A stretch of 64,000 nt of DNA, from NCBI GenBank assembly GCA_937911295.1, contig CALDQE010000026.1:3324-67323 (forward strand), written 5' to 3'. Below are positions 15,632 through 24,051 of the stretch, piece after piece. A model generated the notes under the pieces. It saw only the letters and a list, made by a program, of their open reading frames with translations. It had not been told where the DNA came from and did not search any database. Origin of the DNA: an uncultured Verrucomicrobiota bacterium (GTDB lineage Bacteria > Verrucomicrobiota > Kiritimatiellia > RFP12 > UBA3636). A program made the position numbers and the translations under genes. Position 1 is the stretch's first letter; each line of letters starts with the position of its first letter.

Positions 15632-15673
15632 AGAAAGGCTTCCAAAGATTAGATTTTATTTTGAGAAAATATT

Positions 15674-17449
15674 ATGAAAAAAGAACTTGTATTTCAAAAA
15701 ATAATTGCACCAATTCTTTTAGTGTTGTCGGGTGTGTTTTATAGCTTTGTACTTCCTCCGCAAAGTCAATATGATTTAGCATGGTTTGGGTTGGTTCCAT
15801 TATTGGTTGCGGCTCGAGTTGCCTGCCCTAAGGCTAGCTTTTGGTATGGCTTTAGTTTCGGCTTGGGTTTTTGGGCCCCTGGTATTTGGTGGTTTATTTC
15901 ATTGGGTAATAAGGGTTGCCCATTCTGGCTAATAATCATTTCGTATGTTTTATTAGTAATGGCTTGTGCGTTATTTATTGCCGTTTTTGCAATGCTTGTT
16001 TCTAAATTGTGGCAGGGTGTGCATTATATAAGCTATGATGAATATATTACCGAACAAAATAGAATTGATGAAATAGAGAGTGATAGAGAATATGAGCGTG
16101 AAGCAGCGAAGTTTGCTGCCACAATGAAGAAGGCGGCCCGTCGCATTTCAATATCAGAAACATGGAGGATTCCTGTAATTGCGTTTATTTGGGTTGGGCT
16201 AGAGTATTTGCGTGGTGCGATGGGTTTTCCCTGGAATACATTAGCGATTTCCCAATATAAATCCTATGCGATTGCCCAACTTGCAGCATGGGGAGGTACA
16301 GCAGTAATAAGCTTTTTAATTGTTGTGGTCAATGCTGGTCTTTCTGGTGTTGTAGTGCGAATTTGGCGTATGCTAGTGAAGCACGAATATCCACGAATTA
16401 GGCGACATTTGGATCTTTGGGTCGCACTTATTGTTGCCATGCTCGCAATGGTTTCAGGAGTTAGGGAGTTTAAATACCAAGATAAAGTTGTTAATAATTT
16501 AAGTTCACCTAATGATTTAATTTTAGTTGGTGCAATAAATAATCATGATACACCATATTTACAGAAAAAAATTGGCACAAATAATATTTTCAATGATTTG
16601 TTGTATAATACCTATGATCTTTCAACAAATGGGGTTGATCTTATTGTTTGGCCAGAAACCTCTGTGCCATTTTTGCTGCCAGAGCCTAGCTTTGATGCTC
16701 TTATAAAGCAGTTTGTCGATGAGGGTAATTTTAGTTTGATTGCAGGTGGTGTAGAAAATGTTTTTCCTGAATCAAAAGACCCATTTAATTTGGGTTATAA
16801 TGTTTCTTGTCTCTATTCTCCAGGTCAGGGAGAAAAGGCTGTTTATAGGAAGCGTCATTTAGTTCCATTTGGTGAGTATTTGCCATTAGATGAGACAATC
16901 CCTTTTATTCGTAAATTTGCTCCATTTGGGTATAGTGTTCAGGCTGGCAAAGGCGGACAGCTTTTTGATGTTAAAGGAATATCGGTTGGAATGCTTATCT
17001 GCTTTGAAGATACCTATAGTTGGCCTGCACGTGAGTCTGTTAATGCTGGTGCAAGGCTGCTTATTTCTCAAAGTAATGATATGTGGTTTGATGATGATTC
17101 GGAAAAATTACAGCATCACGCAAATGCAGTATTCCGTGCAATTGAGACACGAACACCGCTGCTTCGTGTGTCAAATGAGGGGTATATGGGTGTCGTTTTG
17201 CCAACAGGTAAAACGGTTCAGCTTTATGGAAATGACACTACGATGTTTAGCGAATATATCATTGCACGCTCAGAAGAAACAAAGCCTACTTTTTATATGC
17301 TTGTAGGTGATTGGATTCTAGCAAAGCCAGCAGCAATTTTTGTGGTGATTTTTATTTTGTTTCTTTGTTATAAACGATATTTGTACAAGAAGAATTTGAA
17401 AAATAATGTAGCCGCAAATATGGAGGTTGAGCATGCTTCAGAGGCTTAG
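15674..17449 (+). CDS. lnt: apolipoprotein N-acyltransferase
   Basis: Multi-TM N-terminal half plus a CN-hydrolase domain (IVWPETSVP, YRKRHLVPFGEYLP, GMLICFED). It carries an extra charged insert of about 45 aa. Confidence 0.85.
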   Translation: MKKELVFQKIIAPILLVLSGVFYSFVLPPQSQYDLAWFGLVPLLVAARVACPKASFWYGFSFGLGFWAPGIWWFISLGNKGCPFWLIIISYVLLVMACALFIAVFAMLVSKLWQGVHYISYDEYITEQNRIDEIESDREYEREAAKFAATMKKAARRISISETWRIPVIAFIWVGLEYLRGAMGFPWNTLAISQYKSYAIAQLAAWGGTAVISFLIVVVNAGLSGVVVRIWRMLVKHEYPRIRRHLDLWVALIVAMLAMVSGVREFKYQDKVVNNLSSPNDLILVGAINNHDTPYLQKKIGTNNIFNDLLYNTYDLSTNGVDLIVWPETSVPFLLPEPSFDALIKQFVDEGNFSLIAGGVENVFPESKDPFNLGYNVSCLYSPGQGEKAVYRKRHLVPFGEYLPLDETIPFIRKFAPFGYSVQAGKGGQLFDVKGISVGMLICFEDTYSWPARESVNAGARLLISQSNDMWFDDDSEKLQHHANAVFRAIETRTPLLRVSNEGYMGVVLPTGKTVQLYGNDTTMFSEYIIARSEETKPTFYMLVGDWILAKPAAIFVVIFILFLCYKRYLYKKNLKNNVAANMEVEHASEA

Positions 17450-18656
17450 AACATTTCTAAAGTATCTTACTTATGATATCTGGCATGAGGATTTGAATAC
17501 ACTAAATAAAAAACGTATGCGTAGCATTCGTACTTTACGAATTTTTATGCTCATTGGCGAGGGATATGCAAAGGATCAGTGTGTTCTTCATGCTGCATCA
17601 TTAACCTTTATCTCTTTGCTATCTTTTGTGCCAGTGTTAACAATTTGCTTTATCTTTGCTAATGCGATGGGAGCAACAGAGCGCCTACACGAAGAAACAA
17701 AGGATTTTATAAAACGCATTGCTGAAGCTCCAATACCATTGGAAAAGGAGCTGACTAAACTAACCAATGCAGATATGGTGATGTCTACAACAAACAATGT
17801 AGAAGCGATTTCAATTGTTAATGCTTCTGCAGGTGTTTTACCACAGACCGAGTTGAGTATGTCAGTCTCAAGTGGTTCGATTGCAGTCCAATCATCTGTA
17901 GCAACTAATTCAAATGATAATCTTGATTTAGCTTTGGTGTCAGATGCTTCTACATCACAAACTCCAGCATATTTTGGAGGTCAGTCTTCAAATCACACAA
18001 ATGGTGTAGTGACAGTTGATACAATCAATGAGCTTATTGATGTGGCCTTTGAAAAAATAAATGGAATAAATTACAAAGCCTTAGGCGTTGTGGGCTTTAT
18101 ATTTTTCGCATGGACGGTTTTTAGCTTATTAGAGAAAATAGAGCTAGCCTTTAATGCTGTGTGGAAGCAAAAAAAATCCCGTCCAATATTGATTAAGCTT
18201 CGCGATTATTCTGTTGTTTTATTTATTGTTCCAGCACTCTGCGTTTTGGCATTTTTAATACCACTATTGAATTTGTTGATTAATAACATAACTAAATATG
18301 ATGGTGGTTTTTTTGCTGGGTTGATAAATAATTCCTTTACTCGGTTTATAATGATAGCAGGCTTGCTTATGATTGCATTTGCGATAATACACAAAGCAAT
18401 TCCTTATGCAAAGGTTCGTTTTAAGGCGGCATTATATGGCGGTGCATTCACGACAGTAGCCTTTGTTTTATGGCTCAAGTTTTGCTTATCATTTCAGGTT
18501 GGTGTGGCAAAGTATAGTGCAGCATTTGGTAGCTTTGCAATTGTGCCAATAATTTTGTTCTGGGTTTATATCAGTTGGCAAATTATTTTGTTCGGAGCTG
18601 AGATTACACATGCAGTTCAAAATTGGAAGGATTATAAGCCAGAGGGTAATGTTTAG
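17433..18656 (+). CDS. YihY/BrkB family inner-membrane protein
   Basis: AASLTFISLLSFVPVL and the C-terminal ILFWVYISWQIILFGAEITHA are typical of the family. The ATG at 17433 has GGAGG 7 nt upstream and overlaps the end of lnt. Confidence 0.8.
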   Translation: MLQRLRTFLKYLTYDIWHEDLNTLNKKRMRSIRTLRIFMLIGEGYAKDQCVLHAASLTFISLLSFVPVLTICFIFANAMGATERLHEETKDFIKRIAEAPIPLEKELTKLTNADMVMSTTNNVEAISIVNASAGVLPQTELSMSVSSGSIAVQSSVATNSNDNLDLALVSDASTSQTPAYFGGQSSNHTNGVVTVDTINELIDVAFEKINGINYKALGVVGFIFFAWTVFSLLEKIELAFNAVWKQKKSRPILIKLRDYSVVLFIVPALCVLAFLIPLLNLLINNITKYDGGFFAGLINNSFTRFIMIAGLLMIAFAIIHKAIPYAKVRFKAALYGGAFTTVAFVLWLKFCLSFQVGVAKYSAAFGSFAIVPIILFWVYISWQIILFGAEITHAVQNWKDYKPEGNV

Positions 18657-18690
18657 CAGATTGAAAATTGGGTTTATACAGGAATAATTT

Positions 18691-19218
18691 ATGGGTTTAA
18701 ACAGGATGACATTTCGTGAGCTTCTAGGTGGGCTTACAGATTTAATAATTAAGCTTTTTACGATTGCGGTACTTTTGTCTATTGTTCCATTAACAATGCT
18801 TGTTGAAGGTTGTAGAACGCTTTCTGTGCGACCAGAGCCTACAGTTTCCTCGCAGCTTGTGTTGATGGAGGTGACTGGTTATGATAGTGGACCACGCTCT
18901 TGTGGTTGGGAACGCGATTGGATGGGTCGCCCAGTATATAGCAGCGGACCAATGAAAGGGAAACCTAAGGCCGTGGGTATAACAGCAAGTGGTGTTCGTG
19001 CAAAATATGGAACTATTGCTGCAGATACAAATTATTATCCATTTGGTACAATAATGTATGTGCCTGGCTATGGCTACGGAGTGGTCGAAGATCGTGGTGG
19101 AGATATTAAGGGTAAACACCGCATTGATTTGTGGTTCCCAAATGAGTCTCGTGCTTTTAAATGGGGCCGTCAGAAAAATGTGCGCGTTCAAGTATGGTTC
19201 CCAGAAAAGAAAAAATAG
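18691..19218 (+). CDS. 3D (MltA-like) domain-containing protein
   Basis: GITASGVRAKYGTIAADTNYYPFGTIMYVPGYGYGVVEDRGGDIKGKHRIDLWF matches the 3D domain pattern. Confidence 0.8.
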   Translation: MGLNRMTFRELLGGLTDLIIKLFTIAVLLSIVPLTMLVEGCRTLSVRPEPTVSSQLVLMEVTGYDSGPRSCGWERDWMGRPVYSSGPMKGKPKAVGITASGVRAKYGTIAADTNYYPFGTIMYVPGYGYGVVEDRGGDIKGKHRIDLWFPNESRAFKWGRQKNVRVQVWFPEKKK

Positions 19219-19240
19219 TTTTATTTTTATGGATTAAGAA

Positions 19241-20089
19241 ATGAATGAAGAACAAGTAATTAGTGTAGAAAAATTAGAAAAGGTTTTTAAGGATTTTTGG
19301 TTAAGACCTAAGACTCGAGCTGTTGATGGGATTAGTTTTTCAGTGAACCGTGGTGAGGTGTTTGGTTTGTTAGGTCCTAATGGCTCAGGGAAAAGCACGA
19401 CAATTAAGTTATTGCTTGGGCTTTTAAAGCCAACGAGTGGTGTAATCTCAATTTTAGGTAAGTCACCGACACACACTGCCACAAAGCATAGGATTGGTTA
19501 TCTCCCAGAGCTTTCTTATTTGTATAAATATCTTACACCACGTGAAACTCTTCGCTATTATGCTGGTCTTTTTGGTATGCAAGGAAAGCACGCAGAGCAA
19601 CGCATTGACAATCTCATAGCGCAAGTGGGTCTTGCGAATGCTGCAGATAGAGCTGTTGGCGAATTTTCAAAGGGTATGGCTAGGCGTGTTGGCTTGGCAC
19701 AAGCTCTTCTTAATAATCCAGAAATAGTTATTTTAGATGAGCCAACCTCGGGGCTTGATCCAATAGGGCGTTATGATGTTAAGCAGCTTATAAAAGGATT
19801 AGCAGCTGAAGGTAAAACAGTTATCCTCTCTTCTCATTTGCTCTCAGAAATTGAGGATGTATGTTCTAGCGTTATTGTTTTATCTCAAGGCAAAATTATT
19901 GCGCAAGGAGATTTGTATAAAATACTAGCTGAGCAAAACCGTGTTCGATTAGATATAGAGGGGATGAGTCTTGATGCTCTTCCTAAAATTGCAGAAGAGA
20001 TTACCGCAGCAGGAGGGAAATATAAGGCAGGTCATCCTCGTATGCCTTTAGAGGAGTATTTCCTTAAGAAGCTTGGCAAAAATAAATAA
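19241..20089 (+). CDS. ABC transporter ATP-binding protein (ABC-2 subfamily type)
   Basis: Walker A GPNGSGKST, signature FSKGMARR, Walker B ILDEPTSGLD. Confidence 0.9.
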   Translation: MNEEQVISVEKLEKVFKDFWLRPKTRAVDGISFSVNRGEVFGLLGPNGSGKSTTIKLLLGLLKPTSGVISILGKSPTHTATKHRIGYLPELSYLYKYLTPRETLRYYAGLFGMQGKHAEQRIDNLIAQVGLANAADRAVGEFSKGMARRVGLAQALLNNPEIVILDEPTSGLDPIGRYDVKQLIKGLAAEGKTVILSSHLLSEIEDVCSSVIVLSQGKIIAQGDLYKILAEQNRVRLDIEGMSLDALPKIAEEITAAGGKYKAGHPRMPLEEYFLKKLGKNK

Positions 20090-20107
20090 GTTGATTGGAT
20101 TTGAAAT

Positions 20108-21478
20108 ATGGTTGCTTTTATTTCAATAATGAAGCTAGCAATTAAGCAGTGCTTTAAAACATGCTTTGCATGGCTTTTATTGCTTCTTTCAATTTTATGT
20201 ATTGTGGGCACAATTGGGAGAGGAGACGAGCCAGATGTAATTCGTCAAATTTGTCTTTATTGGCTACCAATGGGAGTGTTGACGATTTTTTGTGTTGGTG
20301 TGATTTGGATGGGCTGCAGCTCTATGGCAAATGACATAGAGGAAAAGCGTTTTATTGGTACAGCTGTTGCACCAGTGAAGAGAAGTACTATTTGGTTCGG
20401 GCGTTGGTTGGGGCTATTGGCATCAGCAGCATTTTTATTGGCGATTGTTTTCGTTTTAATAGGAATAAATGGAGTAATCAGGCTTGGTAGTGCTAGGCCA
20501 TGTGAACGGCTTGAGCTTTTACCGGAGGCACGGGAGGCTGCTGTCCAAAATATTTATATTGAAATGCAGAAATCATTGTCAAAAGATGCGGATTCGGTAG
20601 GAGTATCAAATTTAGAGCAAAAGGAGGAGGTACTTTCTGAATTGCGAAAACAAATTCGGTGGCAATATTTTCCTCTTCATGCGGGTGGCATAAGATCTTG
20701 GGATTTTTCTTTGGATGGTCTTAGCCTTCGTGCGGGGGAAATGCTTCAGATAAAGCTTTCTTTTCTTTCTAGTATAGGAACTACAGGTGGGGCAGATGGG
20801 ACACTGAAGGTTTATGCTATTGCGGAGTCTAAAGGCGATGAGCTACGACCAGTAGAGGAGTATGTTGTTTCAAGTGAGTCTCGTGGTAATGTCTGGTTTG
20901 ATGTGCCATCTAATGCTTTGCTTGGGGCAAGTGTAATTCGTGTTGAGTTTGAAAATGCAACAGAGCAAGAAGATGGGGCGACAATTTTAGTAGGCTATGA
21001 GGAATCGCTTCAGGTATTTGCACCCAAGGAAGGTTATTGGTCAAATCTTTTGTATGCATATTTGATGTGTTTGGGATTACTTTCAATTATGGCTGCAATG
21101 GGGATTACCTCGGGAATGCAATATTCCTTTCCAGTTGCAATTTTTTCTGCTCTTGTCGTTATGTTAATGCTAGTGATAGCCAGTGGTGATGCAATAGGAG
21201 AGTATACTGGGGAGGCAGGTCATAGCCATTCAGAAGAAGAGGAGGAGCATCCTGCTTTATTTGCAGACATGCTTAGGGTTGGTGCTCAAGGGGCATCAAG
21301 AGTGGTTCATTATATTACGGCTACATATATTGAAGAGGAGCCTCTTGCAAAGTTGGGAGCGAATAGATTAATTTCTTGTGGCAGAGTGGGGGCGTGGTCT
21401 ATTGTATCATTTGTAATACTTCCGTTGTTATTGTGTGGAATAGGAAGTCTGGTGTTGTCAAAAAAAGAGTTTAAATAG
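20108..21478 (+). CDS. hypothetical multi-pass membrane protein (possible permease partner of the upstream ABC ATPase)
   Basis: 456 aa with hydrophobic helices at both ends, a large central soluble domain, and a His/Glu-rich loop (GEAGHSHSEEEEEHP). It lies 18 nt downstream of the ATPase gene. Confidence 0.65.
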   Translation: MVAFISIMKLAIKQCFKTCFAWLLLLLSILCIVGTIGRGDEPDVIRQICLYWLPMGVLTIFCVGVIWMGCSSMANDIEEKRFIGTAVAPVKRSTIWFGRWLGLLASAAFLLAIVFVLIGINGVIRLGSARPCERLELLPEAREAAVQNIYIEMQKSLSKDADSVGVSNLEQKEEVLSELRKQIRWQYFPLHAGGIRSWDFSLDGLSLRAGEMLQIKLSFLSSIGTTGGADGTLKVYAIAESKGDELRPVEEYVVSSESRGNVWFDVPSNALLGASVIRVEFENATEQEDGATILVGYEESLQVFAPKEGYWSNLLYAYLMCLGLLSIMAAMGITSGMQYSFPVAIFSALVVMLMLVIASGDAIGEYTGEAGHSHSEEEEEHPALFADMLRVGAQGASRVVHYITATYIEEEPLAKLGANRLISCGRVGAWSIVSFVILPLLLCGIGSLVLSKKEFK

Positions 21479-21490
21479 AGGGGTGAAGTA

Positions 21491-21943
21491 ATGATGTTAC
21501 GAATAAAGAGGCTTTGTGCTGAAGCGACAATGCCACGATATGCACATCCAGAGGATGCGGGGATGGATTTATATTCTATTGAGTCGCAGGTTATTCAACC
21601 TGGAGAAACGGCATTGGTGCCAACTGGCATAGCGATAGCATTGCCACCAGATACAGAGGCTCAGGTTCGTCCGCGCAGTGGTCTTGCAGCAAAAAATAGT
21701 GTAACAGTGCTTAATACGCCAGGAACAATTGATGAGGGTTATCGTGGAGAAATAAAGGTCATAATGATTAATCACGGTAAGGAGCCATTTGTTATTGAGC
21801 CAGGTATGAGGATTGCACAGATGGTAATTTGTCCAGTGCTTCATCCAGAGGTGGTTGAGGTATTAGAGTTAGATGAAACAGCTCGAGGATCTGGAGGCTT
21901 TGGTTCTACAGGAGTGGGGAGCAAGATAGATTCTATTCAGTAA
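21491..21943 (+). CDS. dut: dUTP diphosphatase
   Basis: [25 protein letters not shown] and the C-terminal [10 protein letters not shown] motifs. Confidence 0.92.
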   Translation: MMLRIKRLCAEATMPRYAHPEDAGMDLYSIESQVIQPGETALVPTGIAIALPPDTEAQVRPRSGLAAKNSVTVLNTPGTIDEGYRGEIKVIMINHGKEPFVIEPGMRIAQMVICPVLHPEVVEVLELDETARGSGGFGSTGVGSKIDSIQ

Positions 21944-22032
21944 AACTTTGCATAGAATTAGTGGATTTTTTACAATTTAGTGTATTTGCAAAAAATAATC
22001 GGTATTTTTTTATCTATTAGGGGTGTTTGTAG

Positions 22033-22062
22033 TTGAAATGCACTCCTTTATATTGCTATAAT
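22033..22062 (+). promoter_or_regulatory. candidate extended -10 promoter P1 for the acc operon
   Basis: TTGAAA (22033-22038), an 18-nt spacer, then TGcTATAAT (TATAAT at 22057-22062). Confidence 0.4.
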
Positions 22063-22078
22063 TATTAACAAAAATCAC

Positions 22079-22108
22079 TTGCGACCCAACTAGCTGTTTT
22101 GCTATAAT
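22079..22108 (+). promoter_or_regulatory. candidate extended -10 promoter P2 for the acc operon
   Basis: TTGCGA (22079-22084), an 18-nt spacer, then TGcTATAAT (TATAAT at 22103-22108). Confidence 0.45.
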
Positions 22109-22216
22109 TCGCAATTCGTTTTTAGCACAGAAGCTATACATTAAATTATTGAAAAACTAGTATTCAGTGTCGACGCAGAGGTCGCCTGATGCTATAACAA
22201 AGAAAGCCTGTAAATT

Positions 22217-23044
22217 ATGGGTTGGTTTGAAAAAAAAGTAACAACAGAGACTGTCGTGCCAGAGGATATCTGGCAAGTCTGCCCTTCATGTAAGTCTCAT
22301 ATTATGAAGGACGAATGGGCCAAAAACATTAAGGTATGCCCTAAATGTAATTATCATGATCGTATGGGCTGCCGTGAACGTATTAAACTACTAATTGATG
22401 ACGGAACCTTCCGCGAGTTTAATGATCATATTGTCCCTTCAGATCCACTTAAGTTTTCTGATGCAAAGGGCCCTTATGCAGAAAAGGCTGCTGCAACTGT
22501 AAAAAAACTCGGCATCAGTGAGTCAGTTATCACCGGTAGCGGTAATATTGGTGATACTCGCGTCGTTATTGCAGTCATGGATTTCCGCTTCCTAGGTGGT
22601 AGCTTGGCTAGTGGTACTGGTGAAAAAATCCTTCTCGCTGTCGAGCACGCAATTCGCTTTAAGCGTCCATTTATTATGCTTTCTGCCTCTGGTGGTGCAC
22701 GTATGCATGAAGGTATTATCTCCCTAATGCAAATGGCTAAAACTTGTGCTGCTGTATCAAAGCTCGAAAAGGCAGGTCTCCCTTATATCTCTATTTTGAC
22801 AGATCCAACCACAGGTGGTGTTTCTGCTTCATTTGCTCTTATTGGAGATGTTAATATCGCAGAGCCCGGAACATTGATCGGTTTTGCTGGTCGCCGCGTT
22901 ATCGAGCAAACAATCAAGCAAAAGCTTCCTAAAGATTTCCAAACAGCTGAGTACCTAAAAACTCACGGCTTTGTAGATCACATCGTAGAAAGAAAAAATA
23001 TGAAGAAGTTCCTTGAGAATCTTCTTGCATATAGGCTTAAGTAA
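22217..23044 (+). CDS. accD: acetyl-CoA carboxylase carboxyltransferase subunit beta
   Basis: N-terminal zinc ribbon CPSCKSH...CPKCNYH, then the CT domain (FLGGSLASGTGEKI). Confidence 0.93.
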   Translation: MGWFEKKVTTETVVPEDIWQVCPSCKSHIMKDEWAKNIKVCPKCNYHDRMGCRERIKLLIDDGTFREFNDHIVPSDPLKFSDAKGPYAEKAAATVKKLGISESVITGSGNIGDTRVVIAVMDFRFLGGSLASGTGEKILLAVEHAIRFKRPFIMLSASGGARMHEGIISLMQMAKTCAAVSKLEKAGLPYISILTDPTTGGVSASFALIGDVNIAEPGTLIGFAGRRVIEQTIKQKLPKDFQTAEYLKTHGFVDHIVERKNMKKFLENLLAYRLK

Positions 23045-23059
23045 TTAGGAGGAGAAAAA

Positions 23060-24004
23060 ATGGATTTTGATTTTGAAGCACCTCTTGAGGAGCTAAAGGA
23101 AAAAATTAAGCTTTTAGAAGAAAAGGCAGCTGCTGGCGATGCTGTTGCCTCAAGCAAAGCAGCACAGCTTCGTAAAAAGCTCGAAGCACAAACTGCTCGC
23201 ATTTACGCAACCCTAGAGCCTTGGGATAAAGTGCAATTAGCTCGCCACCCTGGTCGCCCAACGATTACTCGCTATTCAAAAGAGATGTGTGATGATTTTG
23301 TTGAAATTCATGGTGACCGCGTTTTTGGTGATGATCCAGCTATGCTATGTGGCTTTGCACGCATCGGTAGGCAACGCTTTATGCTTATTGGTCACCGCAA
23401 AGGCGATACTGTTGAGCAAAATATCGAATATAATTTTGGTATGGCAAATCCAGAAGGCTATCGTAAGGCAATGCGTGCTATGCACCTTGCAGAGAAATGG
23501 CACCTACCTGTTGTGACTATGGTTGATACCTCCGGAGCTTTTCCTGGACTTGAAGCAGAAGCCCGTGGTCAAGCTGAAGCAATTGGGCGTAACCTAATGG
23601 AAATGGCTGCACTTGAAACACCAATTCTAACAATTGTTACTGGCGAAGGTGGCTCTGGTGGTGCCCTTGGTATAGCTGTCGGTGATCGCATCCTTATGCT
23701 TGAAAATGCTGTATACTCAGTTATTTCTCCAGAGGGTTGTGCTTCTATCCTATGGCGTGATGGTACTAAGGCACCTGAAGCAGCTAAGGCCTTGCATATC
23801 ACATCAACTGATTTGGCTGAGCTAAATGTTATTGATGGTATCATCCCAGAGCCTGTTGGTGGTGCTCATAGCAATCCAGAGGCAACTATGCAGAATGTTA
23901 AGGCAGCAATTCTTGCTGGGCTTAAAGAGCTAGAAAAGGTTCCATCCTCCCATCTAGTTGAGAATCGCTATAAGAAGTTCTCTGCTATCGGTCGATTCAA
24001 CTAA
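23060..24004 (+). CDS. accA: acetyl-CoA carboxylase carboxyltransferase subunit alpha
   Basis: ARHPGRPT, DTSGAFPGLEAEARGQAEAI and GEGGSGGALGIAVGD motifs. Confidence 0.93.
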   Translation: MDFDFEAPLEELKEKIKLLEEKAAAGDAVASSKAAQLRKKLEAQTARIYATLEPWDKVQLARHPGRPTITRYSKEMCDDFVEIHGDRVFGDDPAMLCGFARIGRQRFMLIGHRKGDTVEQNIEYNFGMANPEGYRKAMRAMHLAEKWHLPVVTMVDTSGAFPGLEAEARGQAEAIGRNLMEMAALETPILTIVTGEGGSGGALGIAVGDRILMLENAVYSVISPEGCASILWRDGTKAPEAAKALHITSTDLAELNVIDGIIPEPVGGAHSNPEATMQNVKAAILAGLKELEKVPSSHLVENRYKKFSAIGRFN

Positions 24005-24051
24005 GTATTATTTATCTACTATACTAATAAAACAATTTACGAGGTAAGTTT

